A stretch of DNA of 63,737 nt, the filler included, from Lama guanicoe (lineage: Eukaryota), in assembly GCA_013239625.1 (NCBI GenBank). It is 210 parts of 210 records of this genome, joined end to end, with 100 filler letters (N's around TTAATTAATTAA, not from the genome) between each part and the next. Parts side by side here need not be neighbours in the genome. Positions count along the whole stretch, not along the records: positions 1 to 204 come from PNXV01032486.1; positions 305 to 508 come from PNXV01032487.1; positions 609 to 812 come from PNXV01032488.1; positions 913 to 1,116 come from PNXV01032489.1; positions 1,217 to 1,420 come from PNXV01032490.1; positions 1,521 to 1,724 come from PNXV01032491.1; positions 1,825 to 2,028 come from PNXV01032492.1; positions 2,129 to 2,332 come from PNXV01032493.1; 202 more parts are not named here. One strand, 5' to 3'. Of this stretch, positions 1 through 12,059 are shown piece after piece. Every line of letters begins with the position of its first letter. The first letter of the stretch is position 1. The translations under genes were made by a program, and so were the position numbers. A model generated the notes under the pieces. The model did not search any database. It was not told the DNA's origin and saw only the letters and a program-made list of their open reading frames with translations.

Positions 1-304
1 ACATGAGGCCCAATGTTTTCCATAGATGGCTTATTAAAGTTTTGAACGGCATTTACCGCTTTAAAATTTTAACTGACTTTTTTTTTTCTGTGGTATCTCT
101 TTGTGTCTGATTCAGAAAGCAAGAGCATTTTAGTTAATTTCTCAAGGAAGGCAATACGGAGTGAGAGGAAAAAGAAAGCTTTTGAAAATCCTGGCCTTTA
201 AGGGNNNNNNNNNNNNNNNNNNNNNNNNNNNNNNNNNNNNNNNNNNNNTTAATTAATTAANNNNNNNNNNNNNNNNNNNNNNNNNNNNNNNNNNNNNNNN
301 NNNN

Positions 305-380
305 CAACTACTTACATAGCATTCATGTTGTATTAGATACCATGAGTAATCTACAGATGATTTAAAGTACACAGGAGGAC
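305..380. mobile_element. Tigger3/Golem-type DNA transposon fragment, followed by an L1 3' end (~381-495)
   Basis: CAACTACTTACATAGCATT...GTAATCTACAGATGATTTAAAGTACACAGGAGGA resembles the Tigger3 consensus as I recall it. The downstream GAAAAATTGTGCTCT...GACTATAACTCAATAAAAAA is an L1 tail. Confidence 0.7.
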
Positions 381-608
381 ACAATGAAAGAATGTGAAAA
401 TGAATGTACATGTATATTCATGCATAACTGAAAAATTGTGCTCTATGCTGGAATTTGAAGCAACATTGTAAAATGACTATAACTCAATAAAAAATGTTTG
501 TGTATATANNNNNNNNNNNNNNNNNNNNNNNNNNNNNNNNNNNNNNNNNNNNTTAATTAATTAANNNNNNNNNNNNNNNNNNNNNNNNNNNNNNNNNNNN
601 NNNNNNNN

Positions 609-812
609 GAATGGATCAAAAAAGAAATTAAAAAAAGAAATAAAAAGTAATCTTGCGGCAAATAAAATGGAAAGACAATATACGAAAGCTTATAGGGTGC
701 AGCAAAAACAGTGGAGATTTCATTAGCACTCAATGCCTACATTAAGACAAAAGAAGGAGCTCAAAAAAAAAAACACCTAATTTTACACCTCAAGAAACTA
801 GAAGAAGAACAA
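609..812 (+). mobile_element. LINE-1 ORF2 fragment (degenerate, post-endonuclease region)
   Basis: A-rich strand with remnants of AAKAV..GKFIALNAYIKK and LHLKKLEEEQ; contains frameshifts. Confidence 0.85.
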
Positions 813-1824
813 NNNNNNNNNNNNNNNNNNNNNNNNNNNNNNNNNNNNNNNNNNNNTTAATTAATTAANNNNNNNNNNNNNNNNNNNNNNNNNNNNNNNN
901 NNNNNNNNNNNNCAGCTTAACAGCAAACCCATTCCTGACATTTGAACATCTGACTTCCAGTCTTGGGGACTGTCCATACCTGGTTTTGCCCTTCCTACCA
1001 ACAACCACACAGACAACTTTCTCCTTCAATCCCAGCTGCCTTGAAGCATGACTGTCTGAGTCTTTACGTGTCTTATGGGACCCAAAATATATATTCTATA
1101 TCTGCAAATATGCCTANNNNNNNNNNNNNNNNNNNNNNNNNNNNNNNNNNNNNNNNNNNNTTAATTAATTAANNNNNNNNNNNNNNNNNNNNNNNNNNNN
1201 NNNNNNNNNNNNNNNNAATAAAAAGCTACATATTTCCACCATTTTGTGAAAAGGAAACTTTGGAGTCATGAGCTAGGAAAGAAATCATGATCCAACACTT
1301 TCTTCTGAAAGTACATTAATGTACTAATTTTATTTTAAAAATGAGTAAGATAAAAGCATTGTATAGACTCAAAATATTCATTTGTAAATTACACAAAATA
1401 ATTTTAATGCCCCTACAAAANNNNNNNNNNNNNNNNNNNNNNNNNNNNNNNNNNNNNNNNNNNNTTAATTAATTAANNNNNNNNNNNNNNNNNNNNNNNN
1501 NNNNNNNNNNNNNNNNNNNNTTATCCTGGAATTTCCTCATTCTCACTCACCCTACATTGAATCAATCACGAAGTTCTGTTGGTTTTACTCTGTAATGTCC
1601 TTCAAATGTGCACACTACTCTCCTGCCACTTTCCATTCCCTTAGGTCAGAATTCTTTCCTTCCCAGTGCCAGCTGCCTAGCTAATATCCTCATCTCCTAT
1701 TTTTTAGCCTCTGCAATCAACTTTNNNNNNNNNNNNNNNNNNNNNNNNNNNNNNNNNNNNNNNNNNNNTTAATTAATTAANNNNNNNNNNNNNNNNNNNN
1801 NNNNNNNNNNNNNNNNNNNNNNNN

Positions 1825-1932
<108 letters not shown>

Positions 1933-2432
1933 TGAGTTCGGTCAGCTCAGGGCTCTGTCCTGTGAGAGCTCCAGTCCGGGGTGGGAGTGAGGGGGCTCTG
2001 AGGGAGGGTCACCCAGAGGGGATCTGTCNNNNNNNNNNNNNNNNNNNNNNNNNNNNNNNNNNNNNNNNNNNNTTAATTAATTAANNNNNNNNNNNNNNNN
2101 NNNNNNNNNNNNNNNNNNNNNNNNNNNNGTACTTAAATCATCCAGCGCCCAACTGCCCAGGCATGTTCCCTGATTTTCTGCCCTGGCCTCCTCCCCTTCC
2201 TAAGCCAGCCTCCCAGGTCTCTCCTTCAGGATGCCTTCCCTGATTGGCCCAGCCCCTATAACCTCCACCTCTCTGAGTCTGGGGTCTGGGAGGGTGTGTC
2301 TCAGTGTGTGGAGCCTCATCCTTTCCAAGCATNNNNNNNNNNNNNNNNNNNNNNNNNNNNNNNNNNNNNNNNNNNNTTAATTAATTAANNNNNNNNNNNN
2401 NNNNNNNNNNNNNNNNNNNNNNNNNNNNNNNN

Positions 2433-2636
2433 GTGAGGTGACAGCTCAGTGTGGTTTGTTTTGCATTTCCATGATGATTAGGGATATTGAGCATCTGTAT
2501 GTCTTCTCTGGAAAAATATCTTTTCAGGTCACCTGTTCGTTTTTTGTCAGATTATGATTATGATTGTGATTGTTATTTTGATACTGACTTGTATGAGCTC
2601 TTTATGTGCTTTGGATGTTGACTGCTGTGTCATTTG
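2433..2636 (-). mobile_element. Old LINE-1 (L1M) fragment near the ORF2 3' end
   Basis: TTGCATTTCCATGATGATTAGGGATATTGAGCATCT...TGTCTTCTCTGGAAAAATATC is typical antisense L1. Confidence 0.75.
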
Positions 2637-3648
2637 NNNNNNNNNNNNNNNNNNNNNNNNNNNNNNNNNNNNNNNNNNNNTTAATTAATTAANNNNNNNN
2701 NNNNNNNNNNNNNNNNNNNNNNNNNNNNNNNNNNNNGTTTGAATGAATATATTAGTAATGTGATAACCAGGGACTAACTCGGAGCCTAAACATCAAGCTA
2801 GAATATATTGTAAGAGGAGAAAATGGTCTCCTTGCTGCTATAAAACCACTATAATTAACAAAGATAAATAACAAAGGTATAGAGTTTTAATTGACCAAAC
2901 TCTCATGTATACATTATTTTTTCTGTTCACATACCAGTGTNNNNNNNNNNNNNNNNNNNNNNNNNNNNNNNNNNNNNNNNNNNNTTAATTAATTAANNNN
3001 NNNNNNNNNNNNNNNNNNNNNNNNNNNNNNNNNNNNNNNNTTGCCTCAACTCTGTAACCCTGAAAATCTGCCTCCAGGTGCACGTGCTTCTGTCAAGTAG
3101 TTAGATAAGTGGGGGCACCGGGCAGACTGGTGGAGGGGAGGAAGGGTGGTCCGGAAGATGGCGGTATCCCTGCCTTCAGCCTAAAGGGGCTTGCGTTCCT
3201 CTAAATGAATGTCCGCAAGAAACCAGTTAGAGCCTGTGCAGTAGNNNNNNNNNNNNNNNNNNNNNNNNNNNNNNNNNNNNNNNNNNNNTTAATTAATTAA
3301 NNNNNNNNNNNNNNNNNNNNNNNNNNNNNNNNNNNNNNNNNNNNGTGGAGAGCCGAAATAATGTCCTTTTCCTGCTGTGGGTTTCCAAAGTCCGGGGTCT
3401 TGTTTTGAGGGATGAGAGGACAGACCATCCTCAGCAGAGACAGAGGAACTCCGAGGTCGAGAACAGGGTTGAGATGGGAGGAGGTCACTGAGTAGATTGG
3501 GGTTTCCTTAGGCTTGGAAAATTCTTCTCGGTTGGCTGAAAGGGAGAANNNNNNNNNNNNNNNNNNNNNNNNNNNNNNNNNNNNNNNNNNNNTTAATTAA
3601 TTAANNNNNNNNNNNNNNNNNNNNNNNNNNNNNNNNNNNNNNNNNNNN

Positions 3649-3745
3649 TTGTATATTCATGTAAGACTGAAAAATTGTGCTCTGCACCAGAAATTGATAC
3701 AACGTTGTAAACTGACTATAACTCAATAAAATAAAATAAAAAAGA
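3649..3745 (+). mobile_element. Lineage-specific L1 3' terminus with A-rich tail
   Basis: GACTGAAAAATTGTGCTCTGCACCAGAAATTGATACAACGTTGTAAACTGACTATAACTCAATAAAATAAAA. Related tails occur at ~430-495, ~38080-38165 and (antisense) ~53338-53401. Confidence 0.8.
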
Positions 3746-4284
3746 AATACAAAATTATTCACATTAAAACAAAATGAAAGGATTTGTCAGGATTTTAACC
3801 AATTATATAGAACTAAGCTCCCTTACTATTCAGACTGCCTCATTCCTTCTCTNNNNNNNNNNNNNNNNNNNNNNNNNNNNNNNNNNNNNNNNNNNNTTAA
3901 TTAATTAANNNNNNNNNNNNNNNNNNNNNNNNNNNNNNNNNNNNNNNNNNNNATCTAACGATTTGAAATACCGTAACTGCAGCCATTGCTCCCTTGAGAA
4001 CTCTATCATATTTAAACAGAATTTCAGTTACCAGAAAAAACTCTTCATAGACAGGAAAAGGAAGGGGTAGTGGTGGGGTGGGAAATGCACTGATTTAATG
4101 TTTTATCAAGAGGAAAAGTGAGTGGAGAGAGAGGCTTGCAGAACATCAGTCCCCAGNNNNNNNNNNNNNNNNNNNNNNNNNNNNNNNNNNNNNNNNNNNN
4201 TTAATTAATTAANNNNNNNNNNNNNNNNNNNNNNNNNNNNNNNNNNNNNNNNNNNNGGTAATGCAATGAAATGTTACTCCCTTG

Positions 4285-4460
4285 ATTACATGTATATATA
4301 TAATATGTATATATACACACACACACACATATATATACTTACATATAACATACAAATTTTAAGTATATATCATAAATATATTTATATATACTACTTATAC
4401 TATTAGCATATATAATAATACACTTACATATACACATAATACTGTTATATAATATATTGT
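4285..4460. repeat. (TA)n/(CA)n low-complexity simple repeat
   Basis: Degenerate TA and CA dinucleotide runs. Confidence 0.85.
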
Positions 4461-5472
4461 NNNNNNNNNNNNNNNNNNNNNNNNNNNNNNNNNNNNNNNN
4501 NNNNTTAATTAATTAANNNNNNNNNNNNNNNNNNNNNNNNNNNNNNNNNNNNNNNNNNNNTCTGCTGGGCCACTACCTAATAGGTGTTTCTTCTCCAACA
4601 TTTTCCTTAACCATGAATGAAAATGAATTACCTTTCTAATTTTCATAAGCACACATCTGTTATTCTCATACAGTCTTACATGTACAAATACAAATATATA
4701 CAAGTCTCTATACAAAATTGTACCATGTGGGTTACATTAAAAAAGGAAGGGGAAAAAAGCTATGNNNNNNNNNNNNNNNNNNNNNNNNNNNNNNNNNNNN
4801 NNNNNNNNTTAATTAATTAANNNNNNNNNNNNNNNNNNNNNNNNNNNNNNNNNNNNNNNNNNNNCTTGCCATCTAATCCCCATCCTACTACAGAATTTAC
4901 TCTCAAAGAAATCATATATTTAAGCAGACACACGTTTTAGTGTCATTATATGATATTGTGAAACTCTTGCTGATTTGAAAATCTAGACGCCTTATAAAAG
5001 TTACTAGATTTAAAAGTAATCTATTTGGATTCAAATCTCTTGCCAGGAACACACTGTGATAGATTTCCNNNNNNNNNNNNNNNNNNNNNNNNNNNNNNNN
5101 NNNNNNNNNNNNTTAATTAATTAANNNNNNNNNNNNNNNNNNNNNNNNNNNNNNNNNNNNNNNNNNNNATTCTCATGGATTTGTGAGTTTGGAAGGAGCC
5201 TTTCCAGACTGGTGGCCGGGTTCTGCAGTTTTCATATAAAAGATACAAGGTGAATGAAACTGTCCTCTGTGGTCACAGAGGAGGCACCACTGGAGCTATG
5301 TCCGCCAGCACCAGCAGCACCCAGGACTCCCCTGCTAATAGCTAGTCCTAGAAAATAGGACTTGCCGAAGTANNNNNNNNNNNNNNNNNNNNNNNNNNNN
5401 NNNNNNNNNNNNNNNNTTAATTAATTAANNNNNNNNNNNNNNNNNNNNNNNNNNNNNNNNNNNNNNNNNNNN

Positions 5473-5675
5473 CTGGATGAACGAACGTCTCTCCACATGC
5501 TCCGTTCTGAGAGATAATTGTCTGTGAAAGCCGTCTTTCACCTAGCCTTAAGGGAACAAAAGGCTTCTTTTCAGTTGCAAACTCCACTCCATACTTATAT
5601 ATGGGGACGTAGAAGCTCCAACTGGTTTTTACAGTGAAAACGGCAGGCATTTCAAACCGCCACTAGGAAACAGAC
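5473..5675 (+). repeat. Satellite DNA, ~248-bp monomer family (copy 1)
   Basis: Aligns as a circular permutation with 22496-22699, 34958-35161 and the reverse complement of 56238-56441. Confidence 0.85.
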
Positions 5676-6991
5676 NNNNNNNNNNNNNNNNNNNNNNNNN
5701 NNNNNNNNNNNNNNNNNNNTTAATTAATTAANNNNNNNNNNNNNNNNNNNNNNNNNNNNNNNNNNNNNNNNNNNNTGTCTTAGTTCTAATGATGTATGAG
5801 AGCTTTACATATAAAATAATTTTCTACTTTTGAAATTAAATTTACAGTGTGATGCTTAATGTCTGTAGCTTACTGGTGATTTAATTGTGTTTGGTTTTCT
5901 AATAACATTTTATCTTACATGCTTATCTAAAGACTGAACTAAAGCTTCATTAAACCTCATAGTTGTGTGGATTTTACTCNNNNNNNNNNNNNNNNNNNNN
6001 NNNNNNNNNNNNNNNNNNNNNNNTTAATTAATTAANNNNNNNNNNNNNNNNNNNNNNNNNNNNNNNNNNNNNNNNNNNNCAAACCCAACTGCCAGGCCAG
6101 CGTGCGGAATGGGGGAAGAAGTACCTACGACTGGGCCTCCCAAATAAAACTTGCCAGTCTTCCAGGAAGATAACTCTAGAAGCTGGATTTTAGCGCATAT
6201 TTCCCCCAGCTAGTCTGAAAAGGAGGCCTGCTTGGAAGGCTCTGCCTGTACCAACTGTTGGGATTGGATAACTTAGTCCAACTNNNNNNNNNNNNNNNNN
6301 NNNNNNNNNNNNNNNNNNNNNNNNNNNTTAATTAATTAANNNNNNNNNNNNNNNNNNNNNNNNNNNNNNNNNNNNNNNNNNNNGCAGAGAAAGAGAATAG
6401 AGGCTTTCTAGGAAGTAAAAACAGAATGTGTGTGAATACATGTTTAAATTACAACCTGGAAACTGAAGGGACTCTAGTTGGTTCTTTTCATGAGTCAACT
6501 GGCAAATAAAAATATCTTTAAAGGGTAATGTAATAGTAATAGTAATTCCCTGCCATCAAAATAAAGATCTCTGATCCGTTTTGTGTTNNNNNNNNNNNNN
6601 NNNNNNNNNNNNNNNNNNNNNNNNNNNNNNNTTAATTAATTAANNNNNNNNNNNNNNNNNNNNNNNNNNNNNNNNNNNNNNNNNNNNCATTATATCTATT
6701 GGCCATTTGTATGTCTTCTTTTGAGAAATGTCTACTCAGGTTCTTTGTCCATGGAAACGTTTGGAGGTGTTGGATAAGTTCATGGCATTGACTGTGACAA
6801 TGGTTTCATGGGTATATACTTACCTCCAGATACACAAAGTTGTATACATTAAATATAGCTTTTTGTTTACCAATCATACTTTAATTAAAAANNNNNNNNN
6901 NNNNNNNNNNNNNNNNNNNNNNNNNNNNNNNNNNNTTAATTAATTAANNNNNNNNNNNNNNNNNNNNNNNNNNNNNNNNNNNNNNNNNNNN

Positions 6992-7195
6992 CGTTCTATT
7001 GGTATTTATGTCTGTCTTTATACCAGTACCGTACTTCTTAGAGTACTATAGCTTTGTAATATATTTTGAAATCAGGACATGTGATACCTCTAGCTTTGCT
7101 CTTCTCTGTGAAAATTGCTTTGGCATTCTGAGTCTCTTGTGATTCTATATGAATTTTAGGGTTGTTTCTCCTATTCATGTAAAATATGCCATTGG
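6992..7195 (-). mobile_element. LINE-1 ORF2 fragment
   Basis: ATACCAGTACC...TACTATAGCTTTGTAATATATTTTGAAATCAGGA...GATTCTATATGAATTTTAGG is the antisense of the ORF2 PDFK.YYKA..WYW region. Confidence 0.85.
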
Positions 7196-7297
7196 NNNNN
7201 NNNNNNNNNNNNNNNNNNNNNNNNNNNNNNNNNNNNNNNTTAATTAATTAANNNNNNNNNNNNNNNNNNNNNNNNNNNNNNNNNNNNNNNNNNNNTC

Positions 7298-7499
7298 TCT
7301 ATTAGTTTTCTTGGGCTGACATAATGAAATACCACAGACTGAGTGGCGTAAACAGCAAAAATGTATTTTTTCACAGTTCTGAAGGCTAGAAATGAAAGAT
7401 AAACTTTGCCATCACATTTGGTTTCTGGTGAGACCTCTTCCTGGCTTGCAGATGGCTGCCTTCCTTCTGTGTCCTTACATGACCTCTCCTCTGTGTGCA
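7298..7499 (-). mobile_element. MaLR LTR (MLT1A/MST-like)
   Basis: TATTAGTTTTCTTGGGCTGACATAA..AAATACCACAGACTGAGTGGC...TCACAGTTCTG...CCTGGCTTGCAGATGGCTGCCTTC are MLT1 hallmarks. Confidence 0.8.
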
Positions 7500-8207
7500 N
7501 NNNNNNNNNNNNNNNNNNNNNNNNNNNNNNNNNNNNNNNNNNNTTAATTAATTAANNNNNNNNNNNNNNNNNNNNNNNNNNNNNNNNNNNNNNNNNNNNC
7601 CCTTAGGGTGGTTTGCTGTCCCAGGACATGGGCAGTACAGCAAATGGAGGTGTAAGAAGACACAGGGTGTGCTGGACAATGATGGTTGCTATTGATAAAA
7701 CAGCAGGATGGGGCTAGTTTCTGATCCAAGGGAGGGGCTGGACCCAGCAGAGCCGTGAAGGCAGCAGAGGCGGCCTGTGCCTGTTGGCTGAAGGATCAGG
7801 TGANNNNNNNNNNNNNNNNNNNNNNNNNNNNNNNNNNNNNNNNNNNNTTAATTAATTAANNNNNNNNNNNNNNNNNNNNNNNNNNNNNNNNNNNNNNNNN
7901 NNNGCACACACACACACACACAAACACACATTTCCTGAGAATATTTCCTGTTCTGGTGGCTACACTGCTGCATTTCTCTATTAAAGAGGGGGGAATAACA
8001 CATGTGAATTAAGAGTTACATGGCAGTTTTAGAACTACCATTTGATCAAACAATTTCACTTCTGAGTATTTATCTGAAGGGAAATACAATTAACTCAAAA
8101 GGACATANNNNNNNNNNNNNNNNNNNNNNNNNNNNNNNNNNNNNNNNNNNNTTAATTAATTAANNNNNNNNNNNNNNNNNNNNNNNNNNNNNNNNNNNNN
8201 NNNNNNN

Positions 8208-8411
8208 AGGTTTCATTAGGTCCCATTTGTTTATTTTTGCCTTTGTTTCCTTTGCCTGAGGAGACTGAGCCAAAAATAATATTGCTACAATGTATGTCAA
8301 AAAGTATTCCGCCTATGTTTTCTTGAAGGAGTCTTAACGGTTTCTGATCTTCTGATCTTAGTTCTTTAATCCATTTTGAGTTTACTTTTGTGTGTGGTGT
8401 GAGGAAATGTC
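8208..8411 (-). mobile_element. LINE-1 ORF2 fragment
   Basis: AGGTCCCATTTGTTTATTTT...CCTATGTTTTCTT...TCTTTAATCCATTTTGAGTT is the antisense of NSKWIK..EENIG..INKWD. Confidence 0.85.
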
Positions 8412-10031
8412 NNNNNNNNNNNNNNNNNNNNNNNNNNNNNNNNNNNNNNNNNNNNTTAATTAATTAANNNNNNNNNNNNNNNNNNNNNNNNNNNNNNNNN
8501 NNNNNNNNNNNAAACAGTGTAACGGTATAAAGCAAAAGGGAAATGTGAGCGACTTTTAGAAAACCCATGAGAAAAGTTGAAATGGAAGTAAAATAATATT
8601 TCATTTTATTTTGATTATAAAACTCGAAGAGTATTTGATAAAATCTCACAGAATGTAAAAGAGATGGGAGATATTTTTATGAAGAGAACAGCATTTACTT
8701 ACAATTTGTTCTCTANNNNNNNNNNNNNNNNNNNNNNNNNNNNNNNNNNNNNNNNNNNNTTAATTAATTAANNNNNNNNNNNNNNNNNNNNNNNNNNNNN
8801 NNNNNNNNNNNNNNNATCTAATTGTCAGCACTTTCTCACCATGTTGGAAAACTGTGACTGGCTGCCATGTGTGACTCATGACCACTGGCATGTATCTCTG
8901 CATCCAAATTCTTACATCCGCTAAGCTGAACAGCAAATTGAATGGTCTGTGTCCAATCGCAGCTGGAGCTGTGGACCTAAATGCTGCAACCCAGCCATTG
9001 CTGCTGTGAAGCTGTTTTANNNNNNNNNNNNNNNNNNNNNNNNNNNNNNNNNNNNNNNNNNNNTTAATTAATTAANNNNNNNNNNNNNNNNNNNNNNNNN
9101 NNNNNNNNNNNNNNNNNNNTGCCTCTCTCCTCAGACACCACCATGCCTCTCACTCTTAGGCTTGCCTCGTAATACTGGCCCCTTTGATGACAGTACTATA
9201 CCCTCTGTCCTGGATATCCTCCCACCCCTCTGTCGACCTCCTCAGTCTTCACTGCCCAGGCTGAAGCCCTTGTGTCCATCATAAGCCTTTGTTTTCCCTT
9301 CATATCCACACAGGCAACCAGTTNNNNNNNNNNNNNNNNNNNNNNNNNNNNNNNNNNNNNNNNNNNNTTAATTAATTAANNNNNNNNNNNNNNNNNNNNN
9401 NNNNNNNNNNNNNNNNNNNNNNNTGATGTATTAACAGAAAATCTGAGTTCCAGTAAGGCCAGCAGGTCAGAGATGGCTGCCGCTCACAGTTCCTAGGCGA
9501 GGGACCACCACGTCGGGTGGAGGGCACACAGGACAGCACCAGGCTCAGCAGGGGGAGACGGAGGGGGAAAGGCGGGCCGGACCCTTTCCTGTGGCTTCTG
9601 CCGGAAGAAACTGATGAGAAGAAGGGTNNNNNNNNNNNNNNNNNNNNNNNNNNNNNNNNNNNNNNNNNNNNTTAATTAATTAANNNNNNNNNNNNNNNNN
9701 NNNNNNNNNNNNNNNNNNNNNNNNNNNCAGGACTAGGGCTCAGATCTCCAGATTCAGCTTCATTCTGCTGGCACTCCATTGCACTGACCCTCACCAGAAA
9801 TCTGACATGAGCTTCAAAGTGATTCTAAGCAGACAGTCACATTTGGATCCAGGGTAACAGCTTCTCATTCCTGATCGAGGCTTCAAATTTTCTCACATAA
9901 TAACATCATTTTACACTAAACTTTACACATTNNNNNNNNNNNNNNNNNNNNNNNNNNNNNNNNNNNNNNNNNNNNTTAATTAATTAANNNNNNNNNNNNN
10001 NNNNNNNNNNNNNNNNNNNNNNNNNNNNNNN

Positions 10032-10235
10032 AATTTATAATCCAGAAAACTGAATATAGAATATAGAACATAGAACGCGGAACACAGAATTTAGTATATA
10101 GAATACAGAATACTGAACATAGAATTTAGAACATGGAATGCACAGCACAGAATCCATAATATAGAATACAGAACACTAAATATAGGATTTAGAACATGGA
10201 ATGAAGAACAGAGAATTTAGAATATAGAATACGGA
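10032..10235 (+). repeat. Heptamer-based satellite (AGAATAT/AGAACAT/AGAATTT variants) with a 63-bp higher-order unit
   Basis: ATAGAATAC recurs at 10098, 10161 and 10224. CATGGA recurs at 10132 and 10195. Confidence 0.85.
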
Positions 10236-10639
10236 NNNNNNNNNNNNNNNNNNNNNNNNNNNNNNNNNNNNNNNNNNNNTTAATTAATTAANNNNNNNNN
10301 NNNNNNNNNNNNNNNNNNNNNNNNNNNNNNNNNNNGATATTCAGTTTTGGTTTTTTTCCAATTCAGCTCGTCTCCCTTTATGGTCTGCAGACCCTTCAGC
10401 AAGCTGACCACATGATCCTGCTCACAATGGGATTTGTCCAAGTCCCTTGGAAATGGGATCCAGGACAGGATTGTGAACTACAAGGCTCCCCCACTTCACC
10501 ACCATCTAAGTGTTGAGCCATCGGTCCTGGTCTCTGCCANNNNNNNNNNNNNNNNNNNNNNNNNNNNNNNNNNNNNNNNNNNNTTAATTAATTAANNNNN
10601 NNNNNNNNNNNNNNNNNNNNNNNNNNNNNNNNNNNNNNN

Positions 10640-10843
10640 TGTCTCTGTCCAGGTTAAAACCCCACCAGCCTCCTAGCCTGCTCAGAATAAAAAGCCCAGC
10701 TCCTTACCAGAGGCCTAACAGGCCCCGCATGACACGGCCCCGGACTTGATCTCCAACCTCATTTCTTCCTCTCCTCTCCTTCCCCTCTCCAGCCCTCCTC
10801 CTCCTTTTTGGACACTCCAAGCTCACTGCTATCTCAGGGATGT
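10640..10843. mobile_element. LINE-2 3' fragment (similar L2 pieces at 1521-1724, 47422-47625, 63534-63737)
   Basis: CTCAGAATAAAAAGCCCAGCTCCTTACC...GGCCCCGCATGA...CTCCAACCTCATTT...AAGCTCACT..ATCTCAGGG is typical of L2. Confidence 0.65.
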
Positions 10844-11299
10844 NNNNNNNNNNNNNNNNNNNNNNNNNNNNNNNNNNNNNNNNNNNNTTAATTAATTAAN
10901 NNNNNNNNNNNNNNNNNNNNNNNNNNNNNNNNNNNNNNNNNNNAGGGCCCCCCTCTCAGCAGCCTGGACAGACGCTCCCACTCCTGAGAGCTGTGTGGCC
11001 ACCACTGTTCCCAGAGTGGCTCTGCCTCCATCTTCTATCAGACATTCCTTCGCAGCCCCCGACCGCCAGCGAGGGAGGCTGGGCCTCACAGCTGTTTGCT
11101 GTGGAGGGACACAGGCTCCTCGGAGAAGCAGGCTGATCTTACTTTTCNNNNNNNNNNNNNNNNNNNNNNNNNNNNNNNNNNNNNNNNNNNNTTAATTAAT
11201 TAANNNNNNNNNNNNNNNNNNNNNNNNNNNNNNNNNNNNNNNNNNNNACAGTGACGACACCGCTGCTAACAGCGCCAACCACGGTAAGAGCAATGCGGA

Positions 11300-11451
11300 G
11301 ACGGTGCTCTGTGCCGAGCACAGCTCTAGGTGGTCTACGTGAATCCGTGAGCCATCGCCACAGCCCTACAGGCTGGCACTCTTGATGTCATCCAATTTTA
11401 CAGATGAGAAAACTGAGCCTCAGAGACATTCGCAGTCTGCCTGTGATCTCA
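11300..11451. mobile_element. MIR SINE (others at about 23200-23307, 34350-34470, 57160-57300, 57560-57657)
   Basis: TTTTACAGATGAGAAAACTGAGCCTCAGAGA MIR core. Confidence 0.75.
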
Positions 11452-11984
11452 NNNNNNNNNNNNNNNNNNNNNNNNNNNNNNNNNNNNNNNNNNNNTTAAT
11501 TAATTAANNNNNNNNNNNNNNNNNNNNNNNNNNNNNNNNNNNNNNNNNNNNATTTTCATTTTAACTGAAAAAATGTTCTCTAAACTGGAATTGGAGATAA
11601 ATTTTTAAAATCAATTTAAATCAATAAAAAAATTAAAAATAGAGAAAACATTATCATAAATATTACAGGTATAAATATAATTTCTAGAGAAAAAAACTAT
11701 GCAAAGTAGTAGTATAACCAAAGACTTTGTTTTATGTTTCTTTTTAAGATAAGCANNNNNNNNNNNNNNNNNNNNNNNNNNNNNNNNNNNNNNNNNNNNT
11801 TAATTAATTAANNNNNNNNNNNNNNNNNNNNNNNNNNNNNNNNNNNNNNNNNNNNGAATCTTAGGGGTAAGTTTTGCTTTCCTAGAAGTAAGCAGTTCCA
11901 GAGTTTCAAAAGTGAGATAATGCCACTGGACCAGGGAACTGGATGGTGCTGGCAGGAAAGTAGTGGCCCTGCCTGGGCTTCCCA

Positions 11985-12059
11985 TCTCACCTTGATGGTG
12001 GAATTCCAGGTATCAAAATTGTGAGAAATAAATTTCTGTTGTTTAAGTCACCCAGTCTG
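11985..12059 (+). mobile_element. MaLR (MLT1) LTR 3' end; near-identical copy at 13201-13275
   Basis: AATTGTGAGAAATAAATTTCTGTTGTTTAAGTCACCCAGTCTG. Confidence 0.8.

Noticed and set aside
3345..3548. Stop-free minus-strand frame FSLSANREEFSKPKETPIYSVTSSHLNPVLDLG...
   Set aside because: No recognisable family or splice signals; within chance expectation.
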